Assembly: GCA_963826715.1 (NCBI GenBank)
Contig: CAWGYA010000007.1
Location: forward strand, 1 to 64,000
From: Candidatus Bathyarchaeota archaeon
GTDB taxonomy: Archaea > Thermoproteota > Bathyarchaeia > Bathyarchaeales > Bathycorpusculaceae
Length of the DNA: 64,000 bases
Direction of reading: 5' to 3'
The translations under genes were made by a program, and so were the position numbers. Position 1 is the first letter of the stretch; each line of letters begins with the position of its first letter. The notes under the pieces are model-generated. The model made no database searches, was not told the origin of the DNA, and saw only the letters and a list, made by a program, of their open reading frames with translations. Below are positions 41,735 to 52,654 of the stretch, one piece after another.

Positions 41735-43112
41735 CTACCTCATTTTGTTATATATCGTATCTGTTATATCCTCAAAAGGCTTACCTATTAATTCGTAGCC
41801 CTTTTCGCCTAAGTATTTTCTAGTGTAAAATTGGATCATCCCCTTTACAACTGCGAACTTCATCTTAAGCTCACTTACTTGTGAATCGAATAGGAGTTTA
41901 TGTTTTATCATCTGAATATTCTTGGGTTCTTCCCATTCTTCAGAAACCAGTTTGCCGCTTAGCCTTTCGAATAAAGGTGTTCCAGGAATTGGATAGGGGA
42001 GCGTAAAAGAAAGATAATCTAGTGGAAGTGAAGACGCAAACTTTACTGTATCGAGAATTGTTTTGGCATTTTCTCCAGGATATCCCAAGATAAAGAATGC
42101 TCCTGCTTTGATCCCTTTCTTTTTGCATACTTGAGTTGCCATGTACGCTTGCTTTGTTGTTATTTGCTTATTCATAATTTTTAGAATTGAATCGTTTCCA
42201 GATTCGATCCCAAAAAACATTCTTACGCATCCAGCTTGTCTCATTTTTTCAGCAATATAAAAATCCAAAGTATCTACTCTTGATAAGCATTCCCACTCAA
42301 TTGCCAATCTGCGTCTAATAATCTCATTACAAACTTCAAGGAGTTTCTCCCTATTCAAAGTAAAACAATCATCAGCAAACCAAATTCTATTATAGCCAAA
42401 AGAAATTGCATCCTCGATCTCATCTACAACTTTTACAGCTGATCGCGCTCTGAACGCGTTTCCAAAAACTGGTCTACTACAGAAATCACATGAAAACGGA
42501 CATCCTCTAGACGTCATTATGGCGGTTGTTTTGTAGCCAAACCTTCCCGAATAATACTTTTGATACCTAGAGTTTTCAAACAATTCTCTTGAAGGAGGTG
42601 GTAAATCGTCCAAGTTGTCTACTAAACCCCGCGAAGCGGTCCGCTTGACTGTTCCCGTTGTTTTATCTTTATACGCTATACCTTTTATCTGGGACAGATT
42701 ACCGCCGTTTTCAAATTGGTGAATTATCTCCAGCATTGTTTGCTCACCTTCTCCTATGATAGCTATGTCAAAGTCAACAAGAAAATCTTCGGGTTGAGTC
42801 GTAGGAAGAGCTCCCCCTGCAACAAGTAATTCGCAATCATCTCTAAGAAGCTGAGCAAGTTCTACCGATTTCTTCCTCATCGAATACATCGACTGAATTC
42901 CAATAATATCAGGGTTTGACTGCCTAATTTTTTTTAGAGCTTCATCTTGTTTGAAAAAAGTACAATCCACAATTTCCACAGAAACATCATTTTGTTTGAG
43001 ATAAGCCGCAATATATCCCAACCCTAATGGAGGAAACCTGAAAATCGAAGTGTCAGCACGGGGATGGAAATAAGGATAAACTAAAGTCACTTTTTTCGTA
43101 GAATCACCCAAA
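41735..43112 (-). CDS. B12-binding radical SAM protein
   Basis: PPLGLGYIAA, TSRGCPFSCDFC and GIESG. The start is near the upstream stop (43112 or 43090), not 43228. Confidence 0.88.
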
Positions 43113-44027
43113 AATTTCAATCTCATATTCAAACTGTTCGTCTTTAGAGCTGAGTTCATAATCCAAACCAATCCAATCAAGAGAACCTTTAGCAACTTCC
43201 CTTCCACGACGTAAATGTGTGCCTTCAATGGTTTTTAGACCAAAACCAAGCCTACTTTGCTTATCTATGATTTTCGCTGATTCTGCCTTCACAGGTTCCC
43301 AAACACCGATTTCTTCATTAATTAATTTGAGCCCTCTAGAATCCGAGTATTCACTAAAAAAATGTGCGCCTTGCTCGTTTAATACAAAAACTTTTTGAAG
43401 GTTATTCTGGTCAAGCTGATTAAAATTCAAGTTTACCAGAATTTTGTTCTTATCTAAAGTATAAGTCACGATTACTTTACCCCTTGAGGTTGTTTTACTA
43501 AAAATAGATTCAACCCCAAACATGGACACAAACCGTTTTATGAAAAGAGTAAGTTGAGCAAAATGTTTATGATTTTGATATAATGAAGAAATGAAATCAA
43601 TTTTTCTGCGCAATTCAATGTTTTCAAGTTTGACATTTCTAAATTTATCCCGCAATAAATAATCCATGAAGAATGTCTTACGAATAATTAATTGACTCGC
43701 CCTTTTATGAACTTCAAGATACGCTGTGCCTGAGAAAAAAGTTTCATTAGCACATTTTAGTATAGGGACTCCAAATCCCGCTCCTTCTCCTATGACCTCA
43801 ATCCCATTCTGCAAGAGGATTAAACCTTTCTGTAGATTTGCAATTTTCATGTTTAGGGGTTTTGTATCTGAATAAATTCTAAGTGCCACGATATCAGAGA
43901 TATGATGGGTATGTAGGAATACATCTGAATTTGGCATAATGTTACTATCTTTTTGTGTTTTTAAAGCTGCTTGATAATCGCATAATTTTAATTTAAATTC
44001 CTCAGCATTATTTGCCGTATTAAGCAA
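43104..44027 (-). CDS. Hypothetical protein coupled to the radical SAM gene
   Basis: Long ORF containing GEGAGFGVP and LNEQGA. The start is uncertain. Confidence 0.6.
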   Translation of the reverse strand: MLNTANNAEEFKLKLCDYQAALKTQKDSNIMPNSDVFLHTHHISDIVALRIYSDTKPLNMKIANLQKGLILLQNGIEVIGEGAGFGVPILKCANETFFSGTAYLEVHKRASQLIIRKTFFMDYLLRDKFRNVKLENIELRRKIDFISSLYQNHKHFAQLTLFIKRFVSMFGVESIFSKTTSRGKVIVTYTLDKNKILVNLNFNQLDQNNLQKVFVLNEQGAHFFSEYSDSRGLKLINEEIGVWEPVKAESAKIIDKQSRLGFGLKTIEGTHLRRGREVAKGSLDWIGLDYELSSKDEQFEYEIEIFG

Positions 44028-44557
44028 AACAGCTTAAAGCTGCGATCGGAAAATAAACTGCTAAAACAAGTTTGGATTGCCAAACACCTACTGTGCCTTA
44101 AGACTTTTTACAGTGCCCATTTTTCAAAGGAGTTCCTATTCAAAGTGTAAATAATTAGACAATTTTAGAAAATTGTAATTAAAATTAATTTTGTCACAAA
44201 ACAAAAATATTACAATAATCATTCTCGCTTACAAAAAAAAATAATTAAGTATTAAATCTAAGGCAGCCAATTAACCTTCAACATTGAAGGTAATGTTGCA
44301 ATTTAAGCATGTAAAAGCTGACAAACAAAACAAAGCGTTTTCTAATTTTCTATCAGGAGAAGAAATTATTTTACCACATTTCGGATAAATAGTCACAACA
44401 AACACTTCTAATCGATTAGGCTAAGTTAACATATCATGCATATTATATTAAGACGTGTTGTCGCTTCCGAAAACATCCAGACATAGTTCAATGATCAATC
44501 TAGTTTTAACCCAAATGTTTTTACACGCCTCAACTGAATTTTTACCTCGGTGTTACT

Positions 44558-44822
44558 CTGAAACGAGAAGAAGCAGTAAACCTCCTGAAAGAGATTTTTG
44601 AGAAATGCACAATTTACGATGGAACATATTTGGCTCTTATGCCACCTAACTCTGCAGGTTTGCTCTCAAATGGCTATCAAGTACATCTGAAAGTGCCAAT
44701 AGATATAAAAACTCAGGATTGCATGAAACATATATCTGAAAAATACAGCTACTTTGTCTTTCACAAATAGAAACGATGAGGATTTGGTTATTATTCATCG
44801 CCCGACGAAGCCTAAATTGTAG
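44558..44822 (+). pseudogene. Small hypothetical protein, frameshifted near the 3' end
   Basis: CTG start after GGTG, reading KREEAVNLLKEIFEKC...GYQVHLK. A plausible tail (DEDLVIIHRP) lies in another frame. Confidence 0.35.
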
Positions 44823-44919
44823 CGGAAATGACCCGATTTCTTCAGGTCATTTAGGTAGAGTTTAGTTCGACGTCAGCAAAGTATCACCAGTTTTTATCAA
44901 TTTACCAATTTTATGTCCG

Positions 44920-46080
44920 TTATATCGAAGGAAATCTTCGCCTCAAATAGCCTTTTAGAAATTCTTGATCATTGGCTAATTCGGTGCTTTTTACGATTTG
45001 CCCCTCAAGCCTATCCAAAGCTACTCTAAACGTCTGTTCCACACCATAACCTTCACCTGAACTGAAAAATGATCCCTTATTTGTTCTAAATTGCAAACGG
45101 CAGTGAATTAGCTGATCGCCCTTGAAGTTTGTGCCGTGGGTCTTCATGTAAACAAATAGGGTTCCAGCCTCCAGGGTTTCTCCGTATCTGTGGGTGAAAG
45201 AGTCAAAATCGTCTATAACTGCGCTTCGTTGAACTTCATCAATCTCTACATCTTTAACTGAAAACTGTATTGTTAGTCTTTCCACTGGTTTTTCCATTTG
45301 AGCTAAAGGTTCAAGAAAGTCCCGTTTAGTTATAATTCCGACCGGTCTTCCTTTGCTGACGATCACTAAAGATGAAATGTTGAATTTGTGTAGTTGTTCT
45401 TCCGCATCTCGCAATTTGGTTTCAGGCAAAACAGTGATCGCGGGCTGGACCATTAAGCCCTTCGCAGGAATACTTAAAACAGGAACTTTCTCCCCTACTC
45501 TTTCACCGAACCTTTGCACATGTCTAGGCTGAAAAACATTCTTAATAATATCAGAAAGGCTCACCATCCCTACAAGTTTTCCTTCTTTGACAATGGGAAC
45601 GTGAGAGATTCCCTCACTTCTTATAAGACTTAGCACTGCCCCTAGCGATTGGTCTTCTTCTATGGTGAAAGGCTCTTTGGTCATTATTTCTTCGACGTGA
45701 GTGTTACCCCATTGATCCATTATAGCACCATGGATAACCTCTTCATCTGTTACAAAACCTAAGAGTTTCTCTTCGCTATAAACAGGAAGTTGTCTGGTTT
45801 CGCTCTCGATCATTAACTTAGCAACTTTGCTAAGAGTATCCTTCAGGGTAACCGCGGGAGCTGGGCGCGTCAAAGTTTTTACTTTGGTTCCAGATGCATC
45901 AAAACTGGACTGCCTAACAGATTTTCGGGAAATTATCCCTTTATAATTGCCTTTACTATCGAAGACTGCTAAAACAGGAGGCTTCCCTTCTTTGAAATGC
46001 GATAAACTAGACGAAAGGGTATCATTTTCCTGCACTTCTTCGAAACCCTTTGAAAAAATATTATCTACAATCTTAACCAT
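44920..46080 (-). CDS. Four CBS domains + C-terminal HPF/RaiA-like domain (archaeal ribosome hibernation factor-like)
   Basis: Four CBS repeats. The C-terminal ~100 aa have an HPF-like pattern (TIQFS...LFVYMK...CRLQF....FFSSGEG......VALDRLEGQI). Confidence 0.75.
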   Translation of the reverse strand: MVKIVDNIFSKGFEEVQENDTLSSSLSHFKEGKPPVLAVFDSKGNYKGIISRKSVRQSSFDASGTKVKTLTRPAPAVTLKDTLSKVAKLMIESETRQLPVYSEEKLLGFVTDEEVIHGAIMDQWGNTHVEEIMTKEPFTIEEDQSLGAVLSLIRSEGISHVPIVKEGKLVGMVSLSDIIKNVFQPRHVQRFGERVGEKVPVLSIPAKGLMVQPAITVLPETKLRDAEEQLHKFNISSLVIVSKGRPVGIITKRDFLEPLAQMEKPVERLTIQFSVKDVEIDEVQRSAVIDDFDSFTHRYGETLEAGTLFVYMKTHGTNFKGDQLIHCRLQFRTNKGSFFSSGEGYGVEQTFRVALDRLEGQIVKSTELANDQEFLKGYLRRRFPSI

Positions 46081-46388
46081 AAAAAGACCTTCAATGCTTG
46101 TTACATAATTCTTATTGAGTAATTTAAGCCTTCACAGAATTAAATAGTTTTCTTGCCGTTATTGGTCTTTCTTTGTTTCATATTGAACCAGCTGAACTTT
46201 TAAAATCTGTAAAAAGCACCCGTTTTTTAATGAAGTCGCTCTTAAACAACCTTTAAAAATAAAGCTTTCTTAAAACCCAAAAAATATGTTCTATTTTTTG
46301 GGGCAGTTTTTATTATCGTTTTAAAGGAAAAAATAACAAAACCATTTTTGGTTATTCCTAAAGCTTTAGGCAGTTGACAACCAAATAC

Positions 46389-46709
46389 CTATTTCAATTC
46401 TCTATCTTCACTATAGTCTCGATCCTCGTGAGCTTCTTCCTCAGCTTCATTTTGCAAATCCTCTTCTCGAATACTCGTTTGTTCCCCCTTAGCTCTTGCT
46501 CTATCTTCAGCTTGACCTTTCAGCGGGTAAACCGTCCCCAACCAAACTTCAAATTGCATTTTATACTCGGGGCTAGAAAAAACCCAGTCGCACAATCCCC
46601 CAACAACCTTACTAACGTCAATGTTATGGTCGTAAGCTAAACCTTTTACAAAATCTTCCCAATTAGCCGATAAAGTCACATAAAAACTGCCCATAAGAAT
46701 ATTCTCCAA
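46389..46709 (-). CDS. Hypothetical acidic protein
   Basis: 106-aa ORF preceded by a TATA-like TTTAAATA. Confidence 0.55.
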   Translation of the reverse strand: MENILMGSFYVTLSANWEDFVKGLAYDHNIDVSKVVGGLCDWVFSSPEYKMQFEVWLGTVYPLKGQAEDRARAKGEQTSIREEDLQNEAEEEAHEDRDYSEDRELK

Positions 46710-47029
46710 TAACAGAGAGTACTAAGCGATATTTAAACTTCAAATCCATTAAAATCCAAAAACCCCCCCACCATCGCTACTTATTATTCGGAGGCTTTTG
46801 GAGATGTCTATTAATTTGAAAGCTGCTAATTGAGAAATTAACGCAACTGGTGAAGGACGTACGTTAAAACAGGGATGAGCCGATAGAATAGAATCAGTGA
46901 AAAAAGACGCTATAAGGAGCAAAAAATAGAAGAAGGAGAAAAGATTAACGAATAACTGCAACTCACGCTTTAATTGTAATAGCTATTGAGTTAATTTTGT
47001 CTAAAAGAGAAAAAAATAATAGTGGATTT

Positions 47030-47398
47030 CTATTTAGCGATTAATCCACCAATTAATCCACCTATCGTTGATGCTATTGCTCCAAAGATAGCTAGAATAA
47101 TCGCTACAACTCCAACTGCTAGCCCAGCTAAACCGCCGAAAAGACCACCAAGTAAACCGCCTGAGACACCTCCAACAACTGCGAGGCCAACAACTGCAAG
47201 TATTGTAATAATTATGCCGCCAAATATGCCCGCAAGAAAACCTGCCAATGCACCATTCAATATGCCGCCGCGAGCTATAATGCCCGCAACAAATCCACCT
47301 ATTAATCCACCTATCAAATGTCCAACCCCTGGAAACAGCCAACCAAGAAGTAACGTTATAACGAAACCAACCAAAGCTCCAAGCCACAAATTACCCAT
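47030..47398 (-). CDS. Gly-rich membrane protein (DUF5518-like)
   Basis: GxxxG-rich TM helices with a GGAGGTGA RBS. Confidence 0.8.
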   Translation of the reverse strand: MGNLWLGALVGFVITLLLGWLFPGVGHLIGGLIGGFVAGIIARGGILNGALAGFLAGIFGGIIITILAVVGLAVVGGVSGGLLGGLFGGLAGLAVGVVAIILAIFGAIASTIGGLIGGLIAK

Positions 47399-47450
47399 AA
47401 AATCACCTCCAATATGCTAACGTATAATAATTTCTCAAAGGTGATTTTTT

Positions 47451-47585
47451 CTATTTTTTATTTAGTCCTTTTTTTAGACCCTTACCAAAATTACTTGCTA
47501 CTTTTGCACCTTTCTTAATGTCTTTGCCTATTTCCTCTCCAGTTTTTTCAGCGGCATTTCCGATTTTTCCTTTTTTTGTAACCAT
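47451..47585 (-). CDS. Small Lys/Gly-rich amphipathic protein (44 aa, not in ORF track)
   Basis: MVTKKGKIGNAAEKTGEEIGKDIKKGAKVASNFGKGLKKGLNKK, with an AGGAG RBS and a TATA box upstream. Confidence 0.65.
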   Translation of the reverse strand: MVTKKGKIGNAAEKTGEEIGKDIKKGAKVASNFGKGLKKGLNKK

Positions 47586-47620
47586 TAATTTACTCCTATC
47601 TCTAAGTAACCTTTTGTAGA

Positions 47621-47640
47621 CTTAACTGTGTGTGACTGTG
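47621..47640 (-). promoter_or_regulatory. CACAGTCACA-N5-TTAA promoter motif
   Basis: The same 10-mer and spacing occur at 58963-58981. Confidence 0.55.
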
Positions 47641-48007
47641 AACTCACAACAACAAAGTGATAATTTTTTTGAATTAACTGACTTAGATGTAATCTAGAAA
47701 AAAAGACTTAAAATTGTAGGTTAAATCAGGTATTCAGATTTATTCTTCAGTACTTGCCACGAGATTTGGAAAAATGAATGCGCCAAAAATGTGGTTTGGA
47801 CCTAATTGGGTTTTGTGTTGTTTTTCTAACTAATCCTATCTCTTCTTAAAGCGTTAGTGTGCTGTCGGAACCAATACTTCTAATAATACTTTTGAGGTCA
47901 CACGCGTTACTAACGATCTCAATACTTGAAGAATATAAATCATGTAACCTTCTACTTTTTCCAAACGAATAGGTAGGCTTTTTATACTTTTCCAGTGAAG
48001 TATCGGT

Positions 48008-48862
48008 ATGGAAAAATTTCTATTAGTTGGTCCAAATTGTTCTGATCTCGCGGAATCAAACATCGAGATAAAAAAATTTCATGACTGCGAAAATTACATT
48101 TACATTCCCGAGATTGAAAAATTAGAAGGAAAGCATGTCGCAATCTTACACAGGTGCTACCCAGACCAAGATTCACGCCTTTTACAGTTTTTCCAAATTT
48201 TAAGCGCAGTAAAACCAATTGCAGCAAAAGTAACGGCAATTATTCCATATCTTCCATATTCGAGACAGGATACGATTTCTAGACCGGGAGAAACAGATTC
48301 CGCGACAATGATTATTAAATTGTTGTCCAGTGCTGGCTTAGACGAACTCATTACTTTTAATTGCCACTTTTTAGAATCAGGCGAAACCACAAAAAATATT
48401 GCTGGCTTAAATATTGAGAATCGATCGATTGTTTCAGACTTATTTGATTATGTTAAGCCGCGAATATCAAACCCAGTTTTTATAGCACCAGATCAAGGCG
48501 CCGCTCATTTCGTAGAAAAACTGGGGGGCGTTAGTATGGAAAAAACCCTTGGTGAATATATCCATGGACCGCTTGCGTTTAGGCAAATTACATCCGAAAA
48601 ACTTGATGCAGATATTGCTGGCCGAGATGTAATTTTGATTGATGATATGATTATTAGCGGAGAGACAATGGTTAAAGCCGCCCAGGTGTGTAAAAAAGGT
48701 GGGGCCAAAAGAATCGTTTGTGCTTCTGTTCATGGGTTACTAGTAGGTTGTGCGTTTGATAGGATTCGCGCTGCGGGGGCAAAAGAAATTGTTGTTAGTG
48801 ATAGTGTGCAAAGTCCTGCAGCAGTAGTAAGTATAAAAAAACAACTGAAAGACTTCTTATAA
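48008..48862 (+). CDS. prs: Ribose-phosphate pyrophosphokinase (divergent)
   Basis: Motifs IPYLPYSRQD, APDQGA, LIDDMIISGET and VHG. Confidence 0.85.
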   Translation: MEKFLLVGPNCSDLAESNIEIKKFHDCENYIYIPEIEKLEGKHVAILHRCYPDQDSRLLQFFQILSAVKPIAAKVTAIIPYLPYSRQDTISRPGETDSATMIIKLLSSAGLDELITFNCHFLESGETTKNIAGLNIENRSIVSDLFDYVKPRISNPVFIAPDQGAAHFVEKLGGVSMEKTLGEYIHGPLAFRQITSEKLDADIAGRDVILIDDMIISGETMVKAAQVCKKGGAKRIVCASVHGLLVGCAFDRIRAAGAKEIVVSDSVQSPAAVVSIKKQLKDFL

Positions 48863-49137
48863 TGAAGTAAAAACATTTTTTTCTTTCATTAATACAAAAG
48901 GTCATAAAAGAAACCCTCATAGCTATAAAACAGACCTTCGATCATAAAAATTGAAAAACTTAATGACGCTGATATTATTGAATCAACCTTTTGTTTGTGC
49001 AGGCTAGAAAACTTGGAAGCGTACATTTTGTAGTAGGGAAGTGATAAGGTTTATATATTCCGAGAAGTCTGTCGAGACAGACTTAAAAACTAAGTTAGCG
49101 ACTTAAATCGACAAATATTACCAAATAGATTTGATAG

Positions 49138-50766
49138 TTGGTTCAGATGGAAGTTGAAGTAATACCAGCAATCTTGGTGAAAAACCGAGAGGAATTGATA
49201 GCACAAATTGAAAAAGTTAAACCAAGTGTAACCGCTGTTCATGTTGACATTATGGATAATGTTTTTGTCCCAAACAAGACAGTGGGTCTTGAAGGTTTAA
49301 CTGATCTTCCATCGGGGATCTCCTACGAATTCCATTGGATGGTAAAAGATCCTGAAAATTGGATTTTAAAAGTCCCTGGAAAACATATGCATTTAGTACA
49401 TGTTGAGGCTATCTCTGATTGGAACAAAATAAAGAAAGCTTGTGCCCCTGATGGAAAAATAGGCTTAGCCATTAATCCACCCACCCCTCTCGAAAAACTT
49501 TATCCTTATATTAATGACAAAGAAGTTAAGAAAGTACTATTTATGACAGTTAACCCTGGTTTTTGTGGACAAAAGTACATTCCTGAAGTTGAATCCAAAG
49601 TCCACGCTCTTCGAGCAAAATTTCCAGAACTTGAAATTGAAGTTGATGGTGGAATAAATCCAGAGACTTCCGAGAGAGCAAGTGAAGCGGGAGCCAATAT
49701 TCTTGCAGCTTCAAGTGCAATTTTTAAGGCTAAAAATATTCCGGAAGCAGTTCAGACAATCTATGAGTCAGGAATTCGAGGTAGAAATAAATCGCAAAGT
49801 TGTCGGTGTGAGAAAATGACTACAGATGCAAATATTCCAAAATTAAATACTGAACCTCCAAAGCAAACGCTTCTTGAGATAAGCCCATCCGTTGAAGCTG
49901 GAGCAACAAAGATTAACGACATAAAGAAACTTTACTTATTATCAAACAATATTAGACAAAGTATTGTAAAGATGCTTCATGAGGCAAAATCAGGTCACCC
50001 TGCAGGTTCAATGGGTTTAGCCGACGTTTTTACCGCTCTTTACTTTAATATTTTAACACACGATCCTAAAAATCCGAATTGGGAAGGTCGGGATAGATGC
50101 ATTTTATCAAACGGTCACGTATGTCCAGGATTATATGCCACTCTTGCAGAGGCAGGGTATTTCCCAAAAGAAGAGTTAATGACACTTAGAAAACTAGGTT
50201 CAAGATTACAAGGTCACCCTCATAGAGAAACATTACCTGGAATAGAGAATAGCTCAGGTCCTCTTGGCCAGGGTCTCTCAATTGCAACTGGAATGGCACT
50301 TGTTGGAAAACGAGAAAAAAAGAATTGGCGAGTTTACTGTATTTGTTCAGATGGCGAACATAATGAAGGCCAAATATGGGAAGCCGCACTTTTAGCATCT
50401 AAATTTAAACTAGGAAATCTAGTCGCGATTATGGATCGCAATAACATTCAAATCGATGGATTTACTGAAGATGTTCTTCCACTCGAACCACTTGAAGAAA
50501 AATACAGGGCATTTGGATGGTACGTTATAAATATTGATGGCCATAATATCCAACAAATAATTTCAGCCTGCAACGAAGCGAAAACGATAATCGATAAACC
50601 CACAATGATAATTGCACATACCGTTCCTGGAAAGGACATCTCCTTTATGGAATTTATTACCGAGTGGCACGGAAAATCGCCGGGTGACAAAGAAACAACA
50701 ACCGCCTTAGAAGATCTTGAAGAAGAGCGAAAGTTCTATCGTGATGAAGAAAAGGAGAAAACATAA
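49138..50766 (+). CDS. rpe-tktA: Ribulose-5-phosphate 3-epimerase in frame with transketolase N-terminal (TPP-binding) subunit
   Basis: Rpe motifs HVDIMD, HWMV, MTVNPGFCGQ and EVDGGI. Tkt motifs SGHPAGS, LSNGH, LQGHP, SGPLGQG and SDGE..EGQ.WE. Confidence 0.85.
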   Translation: MVQMEVEVIPAILVKNREELIAQIEKVKPSVTAVHVDIMDNVFVPNKTVGLEGLTDLPSGISYEFHWMVKDPENWILKVPGKHMHLVHVEAISDWNKIKKACAPDGKIGLAINPPTPLEKLYPYINDKEVKKVLFMTVNPGFCGQKYIPEVESKVHALRAKFPELEIEVDGGINPETSERASEAGANILAASSAIFKAKNIPEAVQTIYESGIRGRNKSQSCRCEKMTTDANIPKLNTEPPKQTLLEISPSVEAGATKINDIKKLYLLSNNIRQSIVKMLHEAKSGHPAGSMGLADVFTALYFNILTHDPKNPNWEGRDRCILSNGHVCPGLYATLAEAGYFPKEELMTLRKLGSRLQGHPHRETLPGIENSSGPLGQGLSIATGMALVGKREKKNWRVYCICSDGEHNEGQIWEAALLASKFKLGNLVAIMDRNNIQIDGFTEDVLPLEPLEEKYRAFGWYVINIDGHNIQQIISACNEAKTIIDKPTMIIAHTVPGKDISFMEFITEWHGKSPGDKETTTALEDLEEERKFYRDEEKEKT

Positions 50767-50806
50767 CAAAATCTCAGGCTTTCTGAAATTATTTTATGGT
50801 GTTAAT

Positions 50807-51814
50807 ATGGTAAATTCATCGAAAATAAATCCTCAAATGGGGCTTATAGATAATATTGATACACCTCAGAATAAAAAACCAAGTCGAGACGGATTTGGGA
50901 AGGCATTAGTTGAGATTGGAGCTGAAAATCCAAACTTATGGGTGATGACAGCCGATGTTTCTGAAAGCACCAGAACGCATTGGTTTGCTGAAAAATATCC
51001 AGATCGATTTGTTCAAGTTGGGGTATCTGAGCAGAATTTAGCAGGAACAGCTGCAGGAATTGCCTCTGTAGGAAAAACAGTTTTCATCTCAGCTTATGGG
51101 GCTTTCTCACCCGGAAGAAATTGGGATCAGGTTCGCGTTTCAATTTGTTATAACAATGTGCCAGTAAAATTACACGGTTCACATACCGGAGTCACTGTTG
51201 GTCCGGATGGGGCATCTCATCAAGCACTAGAAGACATTGCAATTACTCGAGTTCTTCCGAATATGATAATCATTGTTCCCGCAGACGTTGAAGAGGCAAG
51301 AAAAGCAACAATTGAAGCAGTTAAAACAAAAAGTCCAGTTTATATTAGATCCTGCCGAGAGAAAATGCCAGCATTTACCACACATTTAACACCATTTTCT
51401 ATTGGAAAGGCAAATATTTATCGAGACGGAAAAGACGTTGCAATTTTTGCATGCGGACCACAAGTATATGAATCAATAATTGCAGCAGAAAAACTTGAAT
51501 CAGAAGGAATCTCGTGTGCAGTAATTGATTGTCATACAATTAAGCCAATTGACGAGGACTCGATTAGATTTTGGGCGAAAAAAACTGGTCTGATAATTAG
51601 TGTTGAAGACCACCAAATAACAGGTGGCCTCGGAGGTGCAATCGCAGAAGTTTTAAGCGAATCAGGAAAATCGACCCCATGCACATTAAAGCGCCATGGG
51701 ATAAAAAATACCTTCTGCGAATCAGGAGAACCTCTTGAACTTATGAAAAAATACGGGCTTGACTCCGAAGGAATAGCAAAATTCGTTAGAGAGAACTACA
51801 AAAAAGAATTGTAA
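50807..51814 (+). CDS. tktB: Transketolase C-terminal subunit
   Basis: GVSEQN, GPDGASHQ and VEDH...GGLG. The start is taken at MVNSSK. Confidence 0.9.
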   Translation: MVNSSKINPQMGLIDNIDTPQNKKPSRDGFGKALVEIGAENPNLWVMTADVSESTRTHWFAEKYPDRFVQVGVSEQNLAGTAAGIASVGKTVFISAYGAFSPGRNWDQVRVSICYNNVPVKLHGSHTGVTVGPDGASHQALEDIAITRVLPNMIIIVPADVEEARKATIEAVKTKSPVYIRSCREKMPAFTTHLTPFSIGKANIYRDGKDVAIFACGPQVYESIIAAEKLESEGISCAVIDCHTIKPIDEDSIRFWAKKTGLIISVEDHQITGGLGGAIAEVLSESGKSTPCTLKRHGIKNTFCESGEPLELMKKYGLDSEGIAKFVRENYKKEL

Positions 51815-51866
51815 GAAATGAATGGGACAAGTTTTAATTGACTAATCGAATGTTAAATTATTTGAG

Positions 51867-52523
51867 ATGGAAAATATGGAATTCTTTTTAGATACTGCAA
51901 ACGTTGAACAGATAAAAAAAGCAGCTGCACTCGGGGTAGTTGATGGAGTTACAACTAATCCAACACTTATTGCAAAAGAAGGCGGAAAAAGTCAACAACA
52001 AATTATTGCTGCGATTGCAGAGATAATAAAGGGACCTATTTCTGTTGAAGGAAATGCAGACACATGCGATGAGATTGTTAGCGAAGGAGAAGCATATTCA
52101 AAATGGGCAAAGAATATCGTAGTGAAAATTGCCTTTAATCAAGAAGGAATTAAAGCTGCAAAGATACTCGAAGGAAAAGGAATCAAAACTAATGTAACAC
52201 TTGTGTTCAGTGCAAGTCAAGCGCTAATTGCAGCAAAGGCGGGTGTAAGCTATGTATCGCCATTTATTGGACGCCTCGATGATATATCCGAAGATGGTAT
52301 GAATTTAATTCGAGATATCATGCAAATTTACAAGAACTATGGATTTAAAACAAAAATTATTGTTGCAAGTATTAGGCATCCGATTCATGTGTTAGAGGCA
52401 GCAAAAGCAGGAGCACACATTGCAACAATACCAGCCGATGTTTTAGCAAAGATGTGGAATCATCCACTAACTGACTGCGGAATCAAGAGATTCAAAGAAG
52501 ATTTCGCAAAATGCGGCAGGTAA
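51867..52523 (+). CDS. tal: Transaldolase / fructose-6-phosphate aldolase family
   Basis: Motifs FLDTAN, GVTTNPTL, VVKI, SPFIGRLDD, ASIRHP and HPLTD.G. Confidence 0.92.
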   Translation: MENMEFFLDTANVEQIKKAAALGVVDGVTTNPTLIAKEGGKSQQQIIAAIAEIIKGPISVEGNADTCDEIVSEGEAYSKWAKNIVVKIAFNQEGIKAAKILEGKGIKTNVTLVFSASQALIAAKAGVSYVSPFIGRLDDISEDGMNLIRDIMQIYKNYGFKTKIIVASIRHPIHVLEAAKAGAHIATIPADVLAKMWNHPLTDCGIKRFKEDFAKCGR

Positions 52524-52654
52524 TGATCGGACAAAATTAACTTGTTTTCATTTTTCGCTCACCTACAATTATTCTTTTAATTTTGCAATACGTTCATAAT
52601 TTTTTAACACATAACCTTAAAACCAGAATGCTCTATACGACTTAGCGATGCAGG

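Noticed and set aside
47022-47420. 132-aa Pro-rich plus-strand ORF and 117-aa Trp/Arg-rich minus-strand ORF
   Set aside because: Both are shadows of the Gly-rich membrane gene 47030-47398, which has the RBS.
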